Program-made: the position numbers and the translations under genes
Shown here: positions 15,238 to 30,194 of the stretch, one piece after another
Numbering within the stretch: position 1 is the first letter of the stretch
Layout: the number at the start of each line of letters is the position of its first letter
Source of the DNA: Eledone cirrhosa
Lineage: Eukaryota
Assembly: GCA_964016885.1 (NCBI GenBank)
Contig: OZ024747.1
Location: 16,740,001 to 16,804,000, forward strand
Length of the DNA: 64,000 nucleotides
Direction: 5' to 3'
The notes under the pieces: model-generated
What the model was told of the DNA's origin: nothing
Seen by the model: the letters and a program-made list of their open reading frames with translations, nothing else
Databases searched by the model: none

Positions 15238-15424
15238 TTAGTTAGAGCAATGGATTGTAATTTTTCTTAATGTATTCATATTCATAGACTATATATGATT
15301 GACCTGTACATTTTCCAATCGTTAACTTCCGGAAATTAACGATTGGAAAATTTACCGGTTGATCAAATATAGTCTATGAATATGAATACATTAACACTAA
15401 TTTACAATCCATTGCTCTAACTAA
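15238..15424. repeat. Imperfect palindrome centred ~15330
   Basis: ttagttagagcaatggattgtaa..ccaatcgttaa / ttaacgattgg..ttacaatccattgctctaactaa. Confidence 0.8.
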
Positions 15425-15713
15425 CTAACTTAATCTGTTATTTTAATAAATATTTGCTCTACGGTTCTTATATATTTGATATATAATTATCCTTATCGAG
15501 CCCTCTTTGGATTTTAGTCTTAACATTTATTATTATTACTATTGTTGTTAATATTATTATTGTTCTTTGAGTCTCAGTCATTGATGCTATTTAACTGGAA
15601 AGTTTGTTGAAATGAATATCAAGCCACTACCTGCAGCCTCAGATATTCAGGACGTATCGGAGGGTTCTTGCTGTTCCCAGCAAGCATGCCTTTTGAAGCG
15701 TTCCAAAAAGCGT

Positions 15714-15843
<130 letters not shown>

Positions 15844-15972
15844 GTGTACATGTGTGTGTGCATGTGTTTGTCTTTGAAGCTTTTGTGGTGAGTCTATATA
15901 TGCATATCAACATGCAAACACGCACACGTACACTCACACACATGCACACACATACATAAACGCACACACACA

Positions 15973-16018
<46 letters not shown>

Positions 16019-16021
<3 letters not shown>

Positions 16022-16222
16022 GAAAAGAGTCAGGACCCCGACGGATGTACTCCGGCCGTTTCAACAGCTAAATCCGAATCCAGTTCAGATCTAGCTGTCG
16101 AAAAGATCCGAGCTCAGCCGTCGGGTTCTGACTGTTATCCTATTACCCACTCTACTACCCTAAGTATCGAGTACTCTGGTGCGTTATGGTCTACCTGGTT
16201 TGTTACCACACTTTCTTTGTTA
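16019..16222. mobile_element. Hairpin element family A
   Basis: ggaaaagagtcaggaccccgacgg..tccgaa / ttcagatctagctgtcgaaa..cc, then tail; (TA)n flanks. Confidence 0.8.
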
Positions 16223-16907
16223 TTTATATATATATATATATGATGTCATTGTACGCCGTTGTTTCTTTGTGTTCTCTTTTTTGTGTAAACAATGCAGATG
16301 TATTTGCAATAAATCTAAAAATGTTAAATAATTTCTTAAGACTTTTCATTTTCCTTCATCTATAACCAATCTATATTCTCTAAGGCAAACACTGTTAATC
16401 GGAATATTCGAAGCCCCCGAACTAACTTCTATTCAAATTACATAAGCATTGTTTAAGATGAAAAAATATTATCAAAGGGAATTGTTAAAAATAGTAATGA
16501 ACGATTATTAATGAACGTTTATGATTCTGTAACAGACCTTTTGGCAACAAACTTTCTTGAAATAGATGGCACAAAGCTTCATAGAAGCATTGAGATTAAA
16601 AACCAATAATTGGAATAGAATGAACGCAGAGAGTGTGAGAAACATAAGGTCACTCAAATAAAATGTTGTGACGGAGCTTTACAAAAATATTAGTAAATCA
16701 GAATTAAAGAGACATTTCTTTTTTTACACATATATGTCTATTTTTTATATTATTCGGCACGGTATGGATATATATGAAGAGATTCTACATCCACATTGTC
16801 AACATTGAAATACAGAACGAACCTTGAGCTGATCAACAGCGAAACGCGCGTCACCAATTAATAAACGCAATGAAGGCTTAACAAATTGTCCTGTATTATA
16901 TATATAT

Positions 16908-17310
16908 TTTTTTATGGAGGTGTGACACAGAAGTTGTGATATATTAGTAAAAGGAAAAGAAAATGCTGACAAACTTTTCCCAGTGAAAAATAGTTTAATT
17001 AGGAATGAGTATAAATTAGTAATAAGTATTGGTTAGTATTCAGTTTTAGTTTTTAAGTTTTTACCGGTTGCGCATTCCTAATGCTTTTCAAAAATAATTT
17101 TGAGATAGAGCTCTCGGATTAGAGCAAACATCACGAGAGCTCTATCTCAAAATTATTTTTGAAAAGCATTAGGAATGCGCAACCGGTAAAAACTTAAAAC
17201 TAAAACTGAATACTAACCAATACTTATTACTAATTTATACTTATTCCTAATTAAACTATTTTTCACTGGGAAAAATTTGTCAGCATTTTCTTTTCCTTTT
17301 TACTAATATA
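16908..17310. repeat. Inverted repeat, ~177-bp arms (16940-17116 / 17134-17310) with short left tail
   Basis: Near-perfect reverse complement between TA tracts. Confidence 0.85.
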
Positions 17311-17368
17311 TATATTATATATATATATGTATTATATATATATATTATATATATATATAGAGAGAGAG

Positions 17369-17462
17369 AAATGGCTTCTACAGTACCAGAACTGTTTCAT
17401 TCCGGAGGAATCATCAGGGAGTTGCTTACTGTGTTTACCCCTGACTGAACCCGATATACACT
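17369..17462 (-). mobile_element. Family E fragment: hammerhead on minus (17373-17422) joined to inverted tail
   Basis: Minus strand reads CTGATGA-ttcc-tcc-ggaa-t-GAAA-cag-ttctggta-ctg-TA-gaagcc. 17426-17460 resembles the reverse complement of 34285-34325. Confidence 0.68.
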
Positions 17463-17486
17463 TTATATATATATATATATATATAT

Positions 17487-17686
17487 GCAAAATTTCTATT
17501 TAAATTGTTGGAATACAACAAGCAACTATGCTTATACCTGATATAAAGCACTCAACAAGTGTTTGGAGTAAACATACGATATTAACAAATGGAAACTATA
17601 TTTATAAAACCATATTTATTTTATTATACATATTTCAAGGACACCACGTTAAATTATGGTATGCTTTCATCAGACAAAATACAATG
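17487..17686 (-). mobile_element. Family B single-arm copy with degenerate hammerhead
   Basis: Homologous to 13327-13527; tcatcagacaaaatac retained. Confidence 0.75.
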
Positions 17687-18414
17687 TCCGTCCTTGCAGT
17701 ATGTGATTGTGTGTGTGTGCGTGTAGTTTCATGTGAGTATCTCAATATTTTAATGGTAAATTAAAAGAGGCATCGTAATGGCTTGACAGGGTAGATATAT
17801 CAGACACATCTCAATACTGTTTTAACATAGATGATACTCACGGCTACCAGGGATATTTATTTAAAGTCTTCTCTATACGTTTTGACTTAGTTAATAAAGA
17901 ATATATGACAGTATCTAACATGTTATATAATTTAACGGAAATTTCTTATAGAATGTTTCAGTAAGATATATACTATATAACTTTATACAGAAATAAATAA
18001 TTCTGAACCATGAAAAAAAAAATGTATGTTTAAATGATTTCGATCTCTTCTCAAAATTTCCCTTAAGCGCATTCAGCATTTTATAACTGCAAGCTAAATA
18101 CTGTTAAAGAATCTGAAATTAAAATTTCATATGAAAGAGTTAACGTCATAAGTTGTAGACTAGAGCATACGCATAAATGGTATGTTAACAGAACATACAT
18201 TTACCGCATAAGCACAATATCTCATATTAAGAAATAATTACTATAAATCCATATTCTAGCGACGTACAATTACGTAGGCGATTGTGTAAATAGAGATGTT
18301 CATAGAATCTGCTTCACTTTGCTATTAAATTATGTGATTCTGTGTGGTGTTGTTGATTCTGCCGGTGTTGTCCATTCCATATTGTCTATGCCGGCCTCCC
18401 ACGCATATATGTCG

Positions 18415-18996
18415 TCTTACGTAAAAGGAGAGTAAGATTTGCTGGCCACTGCCACCGTGCCACCTACGAGGCTGTGTCACCGTTAGTGCTTTGGAAACAA
18501 CAAGCAGTCATTAATAACAGGGGGGCGAAGCTCTCCTACCCCGCCGCCTACGACGTTGTGTCACCATTAGTGCTTTGGAAACAACAAGCAGTCATTAATA
18601 ACAGGGGGCGAAGCTCTCCTACCCCGCCGCCTACGAGGCTGTGTCACCATTAGTGCTTTGGAAACAACAAGCAGTCATTAATAACAGGGGGGCGAAGCTC
18701 TCCTACCCCGCCGCCTACGACGTTGTGTCACCATTAGTGCTTTGGAAACAACAAGCAGTCATTAATAACAGGGGGCGAAGCTCTCCTACCCCGCCGCCTA
18801 CGAGGCTGTGTCACCATTAGTGCTTTGGAAACAACAAGCAGTCATTAATAACAGGAGGCACAAGCTCTCCTACCCCGATGTCATCTCCAGAGATACTGGT
18901 ATTGAGATCCAGGACTTGGCAACGGCAATGAACAACAGACCCACGTGGAGATCAATTGTCGAGTCCATTTCAAATGAGGCCACTGGATGATGATGA
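18415..18996 (+). mobile_element. RTE-type LINE 3' fragment with internal tandem expansion
   Basis: KRRVRFAGHCHRA..LVLW..MNNRPTWRSIV stop, followed by tgatgatga. Confidence 0.75.
18463..18877 (+). repeat. Tandem repeat, 5 units of 83-84 bp
   Basis: Units start at 18463, 18547, 18630, 18714 and 18797. Confidence 0.95.
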
Positions 18997-19310
18997 CCAG
19001 CCAAAACATTCTATAGAAGAATTTGTTGAGCAGTGACATGTTTATCATGCACAGGATGCAGTAGGAACCACAATAAAGTCAGAGAAGAGAGTAGTTTAAT
19101 AAATGTCGGTGAACGAGTCCTATGATATCATGTTTCTATAGAATATTGGGAGCATTTCCCTATATTAATACGCACAGATACAAAACACTATACACACACG
19201 CAAACGGATGCGCAAAAAAGACAAAATAAAATAAACAAATAAATAAATATATAAACAGACTAAATAAAGATGACGTAGAAAATACAATGCAACGGGAGGA
19301 AACAATAGCA

Positions 19311-19342
19311 CCACTGACGATGTTGCAGATGTGCAACGAAAG
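19311..19342 (+). ncRNA. Minimal hammerhead motif, family D relative
   Basis: CTGACGA-t-gttgca-gatg-tgcaac-GAAA-gaac-TT-tga. Stem II sequence differs from 38942 but still pairs; stem I is weak. Confidence 0.65.
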
Positions 19343-19614
19343 AACTTTGATAAACTATATATATGTGTTTGTGCCTTTATTGTATCTGTATTATTTTTGA
19401 CCGTTGGTCAGTCAATGGCAACATTGAGGACCGAATAAATTAGATTACCGATATAAAAGACACAGAAGCGAAAAGCGAAAACCAAGCAAACAGTGAGTGT
19501 GTTCTGTTATTAATTCTGGCAATATTACACAAATATGACCCTCCCCAAGTATAACAATATTTGTTTCGACACACGATTTCATATCAAAAATCTCGCAAAA
19601 CTAATTCATCATCG

Positions 19615-19681
<67 letters not shown>

Positions 19682-20383
19682 GGTGGTATGAATATGTCTC
19701 TGTGTGTGCCTCTGTTCGCATGTGGACATATAAGCACAGGCTTTATATATATCTATATGACCGTGCCAATTGCTCTAATATATATCCTGGCCCAACCCCC
19801 AAGTTATATATATCTACATGAAAGATGTGACAATCCAGGCATTGCTCAAGTTCACTACATGATTTTCTTTTTATTTTATGATTGAAAATTGAAATTCAAG
19901 TTAGTTGATATTGAAGGTTTTTCATGTAGGATATAACAAATATAGAAATGTGTGGATCATAGGAACTAGGGGAGTTGAATGATTTTAACTGATAGTGCCA
20001 TTTGATTATATGTTTATAACGTAAGAGTATGGATTATTATCGTTGTAGTGGATCCATGTATGGACTTCAATCGTTGTTATTCATTGAAGTAGAAATATGT
20101 CATATTTCTATCAGCTATAATTACTTCTTGAACAGTAATATTTCAAAGAGCAAAAACGAATTTTTAAAAATACATAAGTAATAATAGAATCATCTATGAT
20201 AATTTATCGGCAGTTTTAATGTTTTCGAAAATTCTTATATTACTTTGATCTGTGTAACGTTCTTTCAACATTAACACCAGCTTTGAAATACCGGCAAATA
20301 TATCCAGAGCTTTATATCTGTATGTAGATATGTGCTGCTTTGAGATATTTATATATATATATATATATTTATATAAAGAGAAG

Positions 20384-20417
<34 letters not shown>

Positions 20418-20442
20418 CAGAGAGGCAGAGAGAGAGAGAGAA

Positions 20443-20501
<59 letters not shown>

Positions 20502-21556
20502 CAGGGAGGGGGATAGAGAGAGAGAGAGAGGGAGAGAGAGAGAAAGGGAGAGAGAGAGAGATGAGGATATAGTAAGATAACTGTAGTTACTTTGAGCCAA
20601 ATAATAGAAGTATAATGTCGATTATGCATTCATTACCAATAAAAACAACAACAGATTTTTACTTTATCTTGTTTGATATCTGTATATGATAAAACCTTTC
20701 AAAAACTCTGTTGTAAGCAATTTTGATATGCTACATCAAAATAGTTGTTACAATGTTTTTCTCATTAGACATTACATTTCTGAATTATATAATAGCTTAT
20801 CCATTAGATGAAATATCTTTCATTATAATCTTGATGAAACAGAATCCAATGTGTTTTATTTGTTAGTTTTGACTTTCAGTTGTCTAAGCGTTAACATTAT
20901 CGTTAAAGTTAATATTTAAACGTATATTCCAATAGAAATTTATATTTCCACTGCTGTTATTATTGTTTAGAGACAGTTCAACTCTGACTGAGAAATCTCA
21001 CGTTCAAAGCTTCCTCGTCATGAATAGCCGAAATATAATTTCACAGATATTTCCAAGTTTACATTGTACAGAGAGCGACCCGTGATGTGAGAGTGATTTA
21101 ACTACTATGTCTACCAGCTTGTGCACACACGTTGATGCAGCTCGGACAGTTTGTTGTAATAATTGAGGCAATTATTGTTTCCTGTGTCGTATTTAGATTA
21201 TTCCATATTTTGCCACTATCTTCCTGTAAGCAATCTAAATAAAAATAAAGAATGCGTTACAAACAGTTCATGAGAAATTAATTGATTACCTATGTGATTG
21301 TAGCCTTTATATTATCTTTTCCGATATGGACGTATTCATGTCCGAGCGGATTTGACATTCGCGTTAGAATCGTGAAGACTCTTGCTTAACTCAACTGAGT
21401 GGCTTCTTCGACATGTGTGTTTTACCAGAGCCGTGGATCAACCTAAGACCTGTGTGTCATATTGAAGTAACACAAACCAGACGGAAACCCATCGACTGAA
21501 ATATTCATGTAATTCTAAAGTGTAGTCTTGCCGCATTGTGTAAGGCTCATTCCACA

Positions 21557-21604
<48 letters not shown>

Positions 21605-21654
21605 AATATATATATATATATGGACAATGTCCACTCTTCGGCTCCCATCTAGGG

Positions 21655-21828
21655 ATCATTGGCATATCGTTAGAGGGTCGGACGCCATGTTCTACAGCAA
21701 AGAGTTATTGTCCTTTATAATCTGAGTAATTTAACTTTGCCTTTCATGCTTACGGGGTCGATAAAATAAAATACCAGTAATACACTGACATAATTGCTGT
21801 CCTTTTGCCAAAAGTAAAAGCAATTATA
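21655..21828 (+). mobile_element. Same SINE
   Basis: Homology, diverged. Confidence 0.8.
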
Positions 21829-22702
21829 GTTTCGCATGCTTTATAAGACAGTACTATTCCCCCCAGTGCACCAATAGAAAACACGGAGTTATCCCTGGGT
21901 AGCTATACAGGGTGAATAGCAACAGGCGCTGGACAAAAAAAAAAGGAACTCAAAACAAAGTGAGGAGAAATATCTACAATCCGATATGAGACAGGAAAAT
22001 AACTACAAACGAAAGCCACAAAAATACGAGTAGGTTATCATCGCAGATATAAGGGAAATAATTACGTTAATATAGGTTAATTCGAGCAATAGGCCTACTA
22101 CTAATATTAATAAGAGAGACACATGGCGAAAATGAACTGACACGATCGGCAGTCAAATCACATATATATAAGCAGGTTGGATTGAGTAAATGTATTTTGC
22201 TCACTATTCTAAGTGTCTGAAATATAGATACAAGTTCCTCAGGCAGATGGCTCATTAGAAATGGTTTGCATTGCATTACTTCAAATCGTTTAGATAGAAC
22301 TCATTAATCTAAATCTCATAGGAAAGTTTCAAGGGTAAATTTCACATCAGTAGAATATAATATTGAATATAAATGAAACACTGGGCAGTTGCTTGTTGAT
22401 AGAATAACCAATGGAGGAGATGCTAAATATTTATATTTCGGTTGATTGTAGATTTAAATTAAATATAGTGTTGAGATATCAGCCATAAATATAAATATTT
22501 TGAAAAGGTGTAGATTGAAGCAGATGTGACACTTCAGTCGCAGAGAAAGCAATTATATATAAGCAAGATATTCTACACCTACAGCATGCTTTGAATATAC
22601 TTTCATTTATAAATGCTAAAATGTCCGTGTATATTTATATGCGCAAATAAATACTAAACAAATAAAATGTTTGTACTGTATATCTACAAGTATATTCTCC
22701 AA

Positions 22703-22770
<68 letters not shown>

Positions 22771-22813
22771 GCATACACACACACACCCACACAAACACAC
22801 ACACACATATATA

Positions 22814-22884
<71 letters not shown>

Positions 22885-22886
<2 letters not shown>

Positions 22887-23155
22887 TGGCTGCCAACTCG
22901 TTTTCGAGTACGGCCACTACTTTATATGCATGTAGAAGAACCCCTACCGATGCGCTGAACGAGTGCGACATTTTAATCCAGCCAGCGACTTGAAAACTCT
23001 GGTACAAACACTACAGTTGTGACAATTATTGACACATAGTGCTGGGCCCATGGTACCATGTGACGACAAGTGCAGAGGGATCTCCAGATATAAAGCAATG
23101 CCTGTGCCGTGAAGTGTTTATAGTGAGCAAAGGCACTGCACAAAGCCAGTCCCAC
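22885..23155 (-). mobile_element. RTE-like LINE 3' end (C2H2 finger plus short UTR)
   Basis: Reverse complement of 24555-24803. Confidence 0.65.
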
Positions 23156-23993
23156 TCTCTTAACCAAGATGATATTTGCCAAAAAGACAACAAGTCAACA
23201 TCATTGGATACCATCAGAGTTGCAGGTGTTATATCAGAGTTTTCCTTCTCCTAGAATTCTGCCTTGACAAAGGCTAAGGGGTCATCTCCCGGTAATTTTG
23301 GATGGCCATTGACTCTTAATAGCTCCTTTGCCCTTTGACAGGTTTTGTTTTTAGTCCTGCATGATGTCCAAAGCCACCCTCCTCACCAAGATACCTTGGT
23401 GTGGTTGCCAGTTTAGTCGCCAAAGACCCGACAATGGGACAGGTTGTACTGGGGTACATGTTATATATATATACAGAGATACATACATACGCACAGACAC
23501 AGAGACACACACAGACACACACACAAATGTGATGCTAATAAGTTATTTTGTTTTTTGCATCTCTATGTGTCTGGTTTATACCTGAACTGTTATTTACCCT
23601 TATTGCATTTTCGTTGTTGTGGTGGCTTCTGAGGCTTTGTCCCCTTAACCACAGTTTTCAATGGGTCACGCTATTTAACGTATGTTTATTAATCTAAGGT
23701 GTAACTTATCGATTTATCGATATCTTCTTATTGAGTGCCTCGTGCAAAGCTCCAATATTGTTTTCTTTCCTGGGTGCTGACCGGACTTCGCCAGAGAAGA
23801 TATATAGCTTCCCCACCATATCTATAACGTACATTGGATAGGCAACATCCCCTTATTGCATAAGACATGATGTCTGATGTTGTAGCGTGCCTGGTTTCGT
23901 GACAGAAGTAATACGTATCAATGATTTATGAATAAACGAATTTGAAACATCTATATTGATGTTTATAATTATTATTATTGTATATATATATGA

Positions 23994-24114
23994 TGAGTTC
24001 ATATCCCGTTGAGATTAACTTTGCCATTTATCCTTACGGGGTCGATAAAATAAAGTACCAGTAATGGACTGGGTGAATGCTGGCCTTGTGCCAAAAGTAG
24101 AAACAATTATTATT
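23994..24114 (+). mobile_element. Same SINE, 5'-truncated
   Basis: Homology; duplicated inverted at 30240-30357. Confidence 0.8.
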
Positions 24115-24115
24115 G

Positions 24116-24209
<94 letters not shown>

Positions 24210-24430
24210 ATCAGAATAACATCACCATCTTTCTTAACGTTATTCTAATACTGAAACTCCATCATAACTACTAAATACGAATGTAGAGAGCTTTCTCCTG
24301 CTTACTCCTGTTTTTACCAAAACACTCTCTTCTGAACGACACACACAAACGCACACACACACACCCACACAAACACACACACACACATACACATACATAA
24401 TTACATACATACATACATACATACACACAC

Positions 24431-24486
<56 letters not shown>

Positions 24487-24554
24487 GTGTGTGTATGTAT
24501 GTATGTATGTATATATGCATGTATGTATGTATATATATGTATGTATGTATGTAT

Positions 24555-24810
24555 GTGCAGTGCCTCTGCTCATTATAAAAGCTTCACGGCACAGGCATTG
24601 TTTTATATCTGGAGATCTCTCTGCACTTGTCGTATCATGGGCCCAGCACTATGTGTCAATAATTGTCACAAGTGTAGTGTTTGTACCAGAGTTTTCAAGT
24701 CGCTGGCTGGACTAAAAAGTCACACTCGTTCCGCGCATCGGTAGGAGTTCTCCTACATGGATATAAAGTAGTGGCCGTACTCGAAAACGAGTTGGCAGCC
24801 ACTATGTATG
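24555..24810 (+). mobile_element. RTE-like LINE 3' end
   Basis: [23 protein letters not shown] stop, short UTR, (TATG)n tail. Confidence 0.7.
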
Positions 24811-24832
24811 TATATATATATATGTATGTATG

Positions 24833-24919
<87 letters not shown>

Positions 24920-25258
24920 CATTTATATATTATTCTATATAAGTAATGCAAGAATAAATATTACTCAGCGACATCCTTAAAATTATTTAATCTCTGTATA
25001 TTTGCATCACAAACATTTGTCTAGATGGCATTTGACTTGTTACGTAAAAAGCACGGTTTCAGAATATAAGGATTACAGTCGGACCGCTGCGCTTAAATCG
25101 GCTGCAGAATGAACTCTCGAGCATCCAGGGGCATGTAACCGTTGCCAAGTGCCAAGTTCATTAAAAAGGTTTGATGAGAAACAATATGGGAATTAGTGCC
25201 ATCATTGTTATAAGGACACGCTTATTTGATATCAGAAAATATATATTGCGAACTTTGC

Positions 25259-25324
25259 GAAGAAGAAGAAGAAGAAGAAGAAGAAGAAGAAGAAGAAGAA
25301 GAAGAAGAAGAAGAAGAAGAAGAA
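25259..25324 (+). repeat. (GAA)n microsatellite
   Basis: Direct reading. Confidence 0.97.
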
Positions 25325-26570
25325 ATGATTTGCTATTTTATCCAAAGAATAGGAAACATTATATCGTCGAAAATTGAACCGTTTCTGCACAGTGCAGGAA
25401 CGAATATCTCCAGGCAATCTATCCGTTGCCATATGTACTCAGCCATTACACCACCACCTTAATAATTAATTAGCAGCAATAAACCTAACAACTGTAATTG
25501 AGTCTACCATATTCCTTAAGATGAAAGGGATTTTGGTTAATCATCCAATCGTAATTATAAACGCAAGTCGTACGGGAATATCGTCAGAAAAATATAATGT
25601 CGCACTTGATATCTTAATTGCTGTGAATGTATGGAATCCTGCAGTCGGGTTCAAAGTCCATTGATCAAAAACTATTTTGCATCAGCAAAAATATCGAATA
25701 TTTCCGAAATGTTTATAAACCGCAATCCACTCAATCGACTTTTCATATTATCCTCATTACAAATATCTGGGCTTCTGACATGTCGAAAAAATCAATATTC
25801 TGGAACGTAACTAGGGAAATAAAAGGAAAATTAAACAATGGAATATGTATAGATGAATACATATATATATATATATATTTATACATATATATTTATATTT
25901 ATACATATATATGTGTGTGTGTGCGTGTGTGTGTGTGCCTGTGGGTGTGTGTATGTGTGTGTGTGTGCGTTTGTGTGTGTCTGTATGTATACGTGCACGT
26001 GCTTGTGTATATAGAGCCAACTGCTAATTTAATAAAGAGCGTTGTGTCATTTAGAAGAGTTTATTATTAGTACTCTAACGAAATAAATTGAAAAGTAAAT
26101 TGGCTAGAAAAAAATGCCCGACGTACACTGTGTTTATATATAATTTGCTTCTTAACAAATATAATGTAACCTCCCCTTAAGAAGTACAGCAGACTGACAG
26201 TGCAAGGGAGAGAACTTTCAAACTATATAGTTAGTGATACTGCAGATATAATTATAGCCGAAATGCGTTGAGCATAGTAACTGATACCCTACAAATGAAA
26301 TATCTTAATATATTTGGCATTGCTCCCAAGATAGAAATGCCAAAGATATTTCTGCAATGTCTTTGAGTGTTGGACTAATATTTAGTAAGTGATAAAATTA
26401 GAGTAGGATTAAATATGTGTCAATATACACACAGGCATCGCTCTGTAACTATTTGAAACCTTGTGTCTCAGTGTTCGCTTTCCACTGCGTAAATGTCATC
26501 TAGTATGGATATTTCTTTGAGAATTTGGTAGAAAGACACCAGATGAGGTATACAAACGGAGTAGCATAGA

Positions 26571-26609
<39 letters not shown>

Positions 26610-26753
26610 ATACTCATACACACATGTAAAAGTGTGTGTGTATGTGTTTGCGCGCATATATATATATTATATATATATTACCCACTCTACTACCCTAGGA
26701 ATTGAGTACTCTGGTGCGTTATGGTCCATCTGGTTCCTTACCACACCTCCTTC

Positions 26754-27076
<323 letters not shown>

Positions 27077-27654
27077 ATATATATATATATATATATATAT
27101 ACTACCTATATTTGTGGTCTTCCCGGGTGTTGGCGCCATAGGCATTATATATATATATATATTTATGTATATACATGCATGAAATATATCTACATCTTTT
27201 AATATCCTGATTTATTATTAAATGTTAATTGAGTGATCTGTGGTATTATATTTCAGATTAGATGGATGGGAATCTGTTGTTTTTAGCATGGGTATATCAA
27301 ATACAGCTTTATATTATACCATAATATTGACTCCGTTGGGGGTATTTTTAGCCGAAATTATCTAAAGTAGTTCTTCAATTATTGTATTTTATTCCTTTTA
27401 TACCAATACAACATTGTACTTGCAGGGTATTATTATGCAATAACTACTGTCTAGTTTGTTTGCAATGGCGGACGAAGCAATATCTATTTTCACATATGTT
27501 TGCTTGATGTTTAATTTCGTTTGATAATTATCATGGAAAATATTGTCGCAACTGTAAATATCCTGAAATAGTAAACATTCATTGAGAGGATGTGAGTATT
27601 ATGCACCAGATTAATTCAGTTGAGATGTTTTGCATTTATCACATTTCTCAATCT

Positions 27655-27720
<66 letters not shown>

Positions 27721-28594
27721 TTGATAGATATAGATATATAATTTATTTATATGCACATATAGCTATCTCTCTCTCTCTCTATGTATATATATATATGTGT
27801 TTGTGTGTACGTGTGTGTGTGTGGGGGGGGGCGTATGGGCGTGCGTGTGTGTTTACTGTTAGTAGCAACTAATTTATAAGTTATATTTAACTTTCATCGC
27901 CTGGAAGTCTCTATATTTTATCAGGCGTCTCTTTCCAACTACACATATATACCACAAACCTTACAATAGACATATATATCGCTTCTAACATTGTCGTCTA
28001 GAAACGAAAAAGCTCACATATGCGCTCCCTACAACCGAAAAGACAGGTTGCCGCCTCAAGGGACAGGATGAGCAACTTGCCCCATGGCGAAGCTGGTCTT
28101 CTAATTTCATGGCAAAGTTCGCAATATATATTTTCTGATATTAAATAAGCGTGTCCTTATACCAATAATGGCACTAATTCCCATTTTGTTTATCATCAAA
28201 CCTTTTTGATGAACTTGGGAACGATTACATGCCCCTGGATTCTCGGGAGTTCATTCTGCACCCGATTTAAGCGTAACAGTCCGACTGTAATCCTTATATT
28301 CAGAAACCGTGCTTTTTACATAACAAGTCAAATGCCATCTAGACAAATGTTTGTGATGCAAATATACAGAGATCAAATAATTTTAAGGATGTCGCTGAGT
28401 AATATTTATTCTTGCATTACTTATAAAGAATAATATATAAATGAATTATGTATATATATATATATATATAAAATATATATATATATAAAATATATATATA
28501 TATATATATATAAAATATATATATATATATGTAAAATATATATATATCTATATATATAAAATATATATATATATATGTAAAATATATATATATC

Positions 28595-28792
<198 letters not shown>

Positions 28793-28796
28793 GTAT

Positions 28797-29039
28797 GAAG
28801 GCGCATGGCTTAGTGGTTAGAACATTTCAATCGAAAGGTTGTGAGTTAAGTTCTACGACCGGGTGATGTGTTGTTTCCTTGAGCAAGACACTTTATTTCA
28901 CGTTGCTCCAGTTTACTCAGCTGTAGAAATAAGTACCAGAGGGATGGCGTTACCTTATGGCTAAAACACCACGACGTTCTGTGACCAGCCGCGCCGACTG
29001 GCGCCCGACAGACTGGTCGATCAAGGTGATCAAGGTGAC

Positions 29040-29040
<1 letters not shown>
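28797..29040 (+). mobile_element. Second tRNA-derived SINE family (degenerate relative at 2430-2545)
   Basis: ggcgcatggcttagtggttag A box; cttgagcaagacactttatttca shared with 2511-2532. Confidence 0.65.
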
Positions 29041-29075
<35 letters not shown>

Positions 29076-29233
29076 TTCTGAAGAGAGTGCTTTGGTAAAA
29101 ACAGGAGTAAGCAGGAGAAAGCTCTCTATATTCGTATTTAGCAGTTATGGTGGAGTTTCAGTATTAGAATAACGTTAAGACAGATGGTGATGTTATTCTG
29201 ATATATATATATATCAGAATAACATCACCATCT

Positions 29234-29413
29234 GGCGGTGATTTGGCAGTATCGGTAGAAGGTCGGACGCCATGCTTTCCAGCATAGTTACGTCCCTTTA
29301 CGATCTTAGTTCAAATCCCGTCGAGGTTAACTTTGCCTTTCATCCTTACGGGGTCGATAAAATAAAGTACCAGTAATGCACTGGGTATTTGCTGGCCTTG
29401 TGCCAAACGTAAA

Positions 29414-29420
<7 letters not shown>
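29234..29420 (+). mobile_element. Same SINE
   Basis: Homology to 60741-60930. Confidence 0.85.
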
Positions 29421-29450
<30 letters not shown>

Positions 29451-29452
<2 letters not shown>

Positions 29453-30194
29453 TCTTTAACGTAAGTTGTCAGCTCTAATTTATATGAATTATCGAGCGCT
29501 TCCCGCACAACTCGGAAGTGTTTTTCGTCAATACCTGAGCTGAATTTCGTCAATTCCTCGCTAATTTTTACTTGTATTAATCTCCAGAGTCCAGCTATTG
29601 ACCAGTTAATTTTATCGATTGTTTTTGGTTTATTCTATTGACTGTTGAATGGCTTTGTTATATTTAACCACTCTGTCGAGAGCTTTGTTCGATTTGTGAT
29701 AGTTTGCATTTTCGCAATATTATACACAACTGAATTCATTCGCCTAATATAGGTGTTGCCTCCCTTGCTGAACCCCACGTGGGGTCAGTTACAGATACAT
29801 TTATGTGGACATTCGAACTGAATCCCGTTGACAACGCATACTCCCAGTTCAGTCATAGTACCAGAAGCCTAACATCCTTTATGTAAGTGGACAGTAAATG
29901 ACTTATGGAGCAGCAGAAACCCAAATACTGGATTTTACCATCTCTCCAGTGGTCCGGGTAAATTTTCAACCGTATATATTTTTATATATGTTTATATTTG
30001 TATGTCTGTTTGACCCGAATTAGGCGGTCGATTTTTCGCCGTGCGGATGATTAGTTTAACCACCATCTCAGTGTGTTTGGCCTTTAATGTAAGTTGTAAG
30101 CTCTAATTCATATGAATTATCGAGCGCTTGCCGCACAACTCGGAAGTGTTTTTCGTCAATTCCTGAGCTGAAATTCGATTCTCGCTAATTTTTA

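Noticed and set aside
18463-18877. CRISPR-like array
   Set aside because: Contiguous tandem units without unique spacers; eukaryotic context; no cas genes.
24680-24744. Host C2H2 zinc-finger gene exon
   Set aside because: Single finger followed by a stop and a microsatellite tail, present twice; fits a LINE 3' end.
29075-29135. Hammerhead at CTGAAGA..GAAA
   Set aside because: No convincing stems I/II or UH placement.
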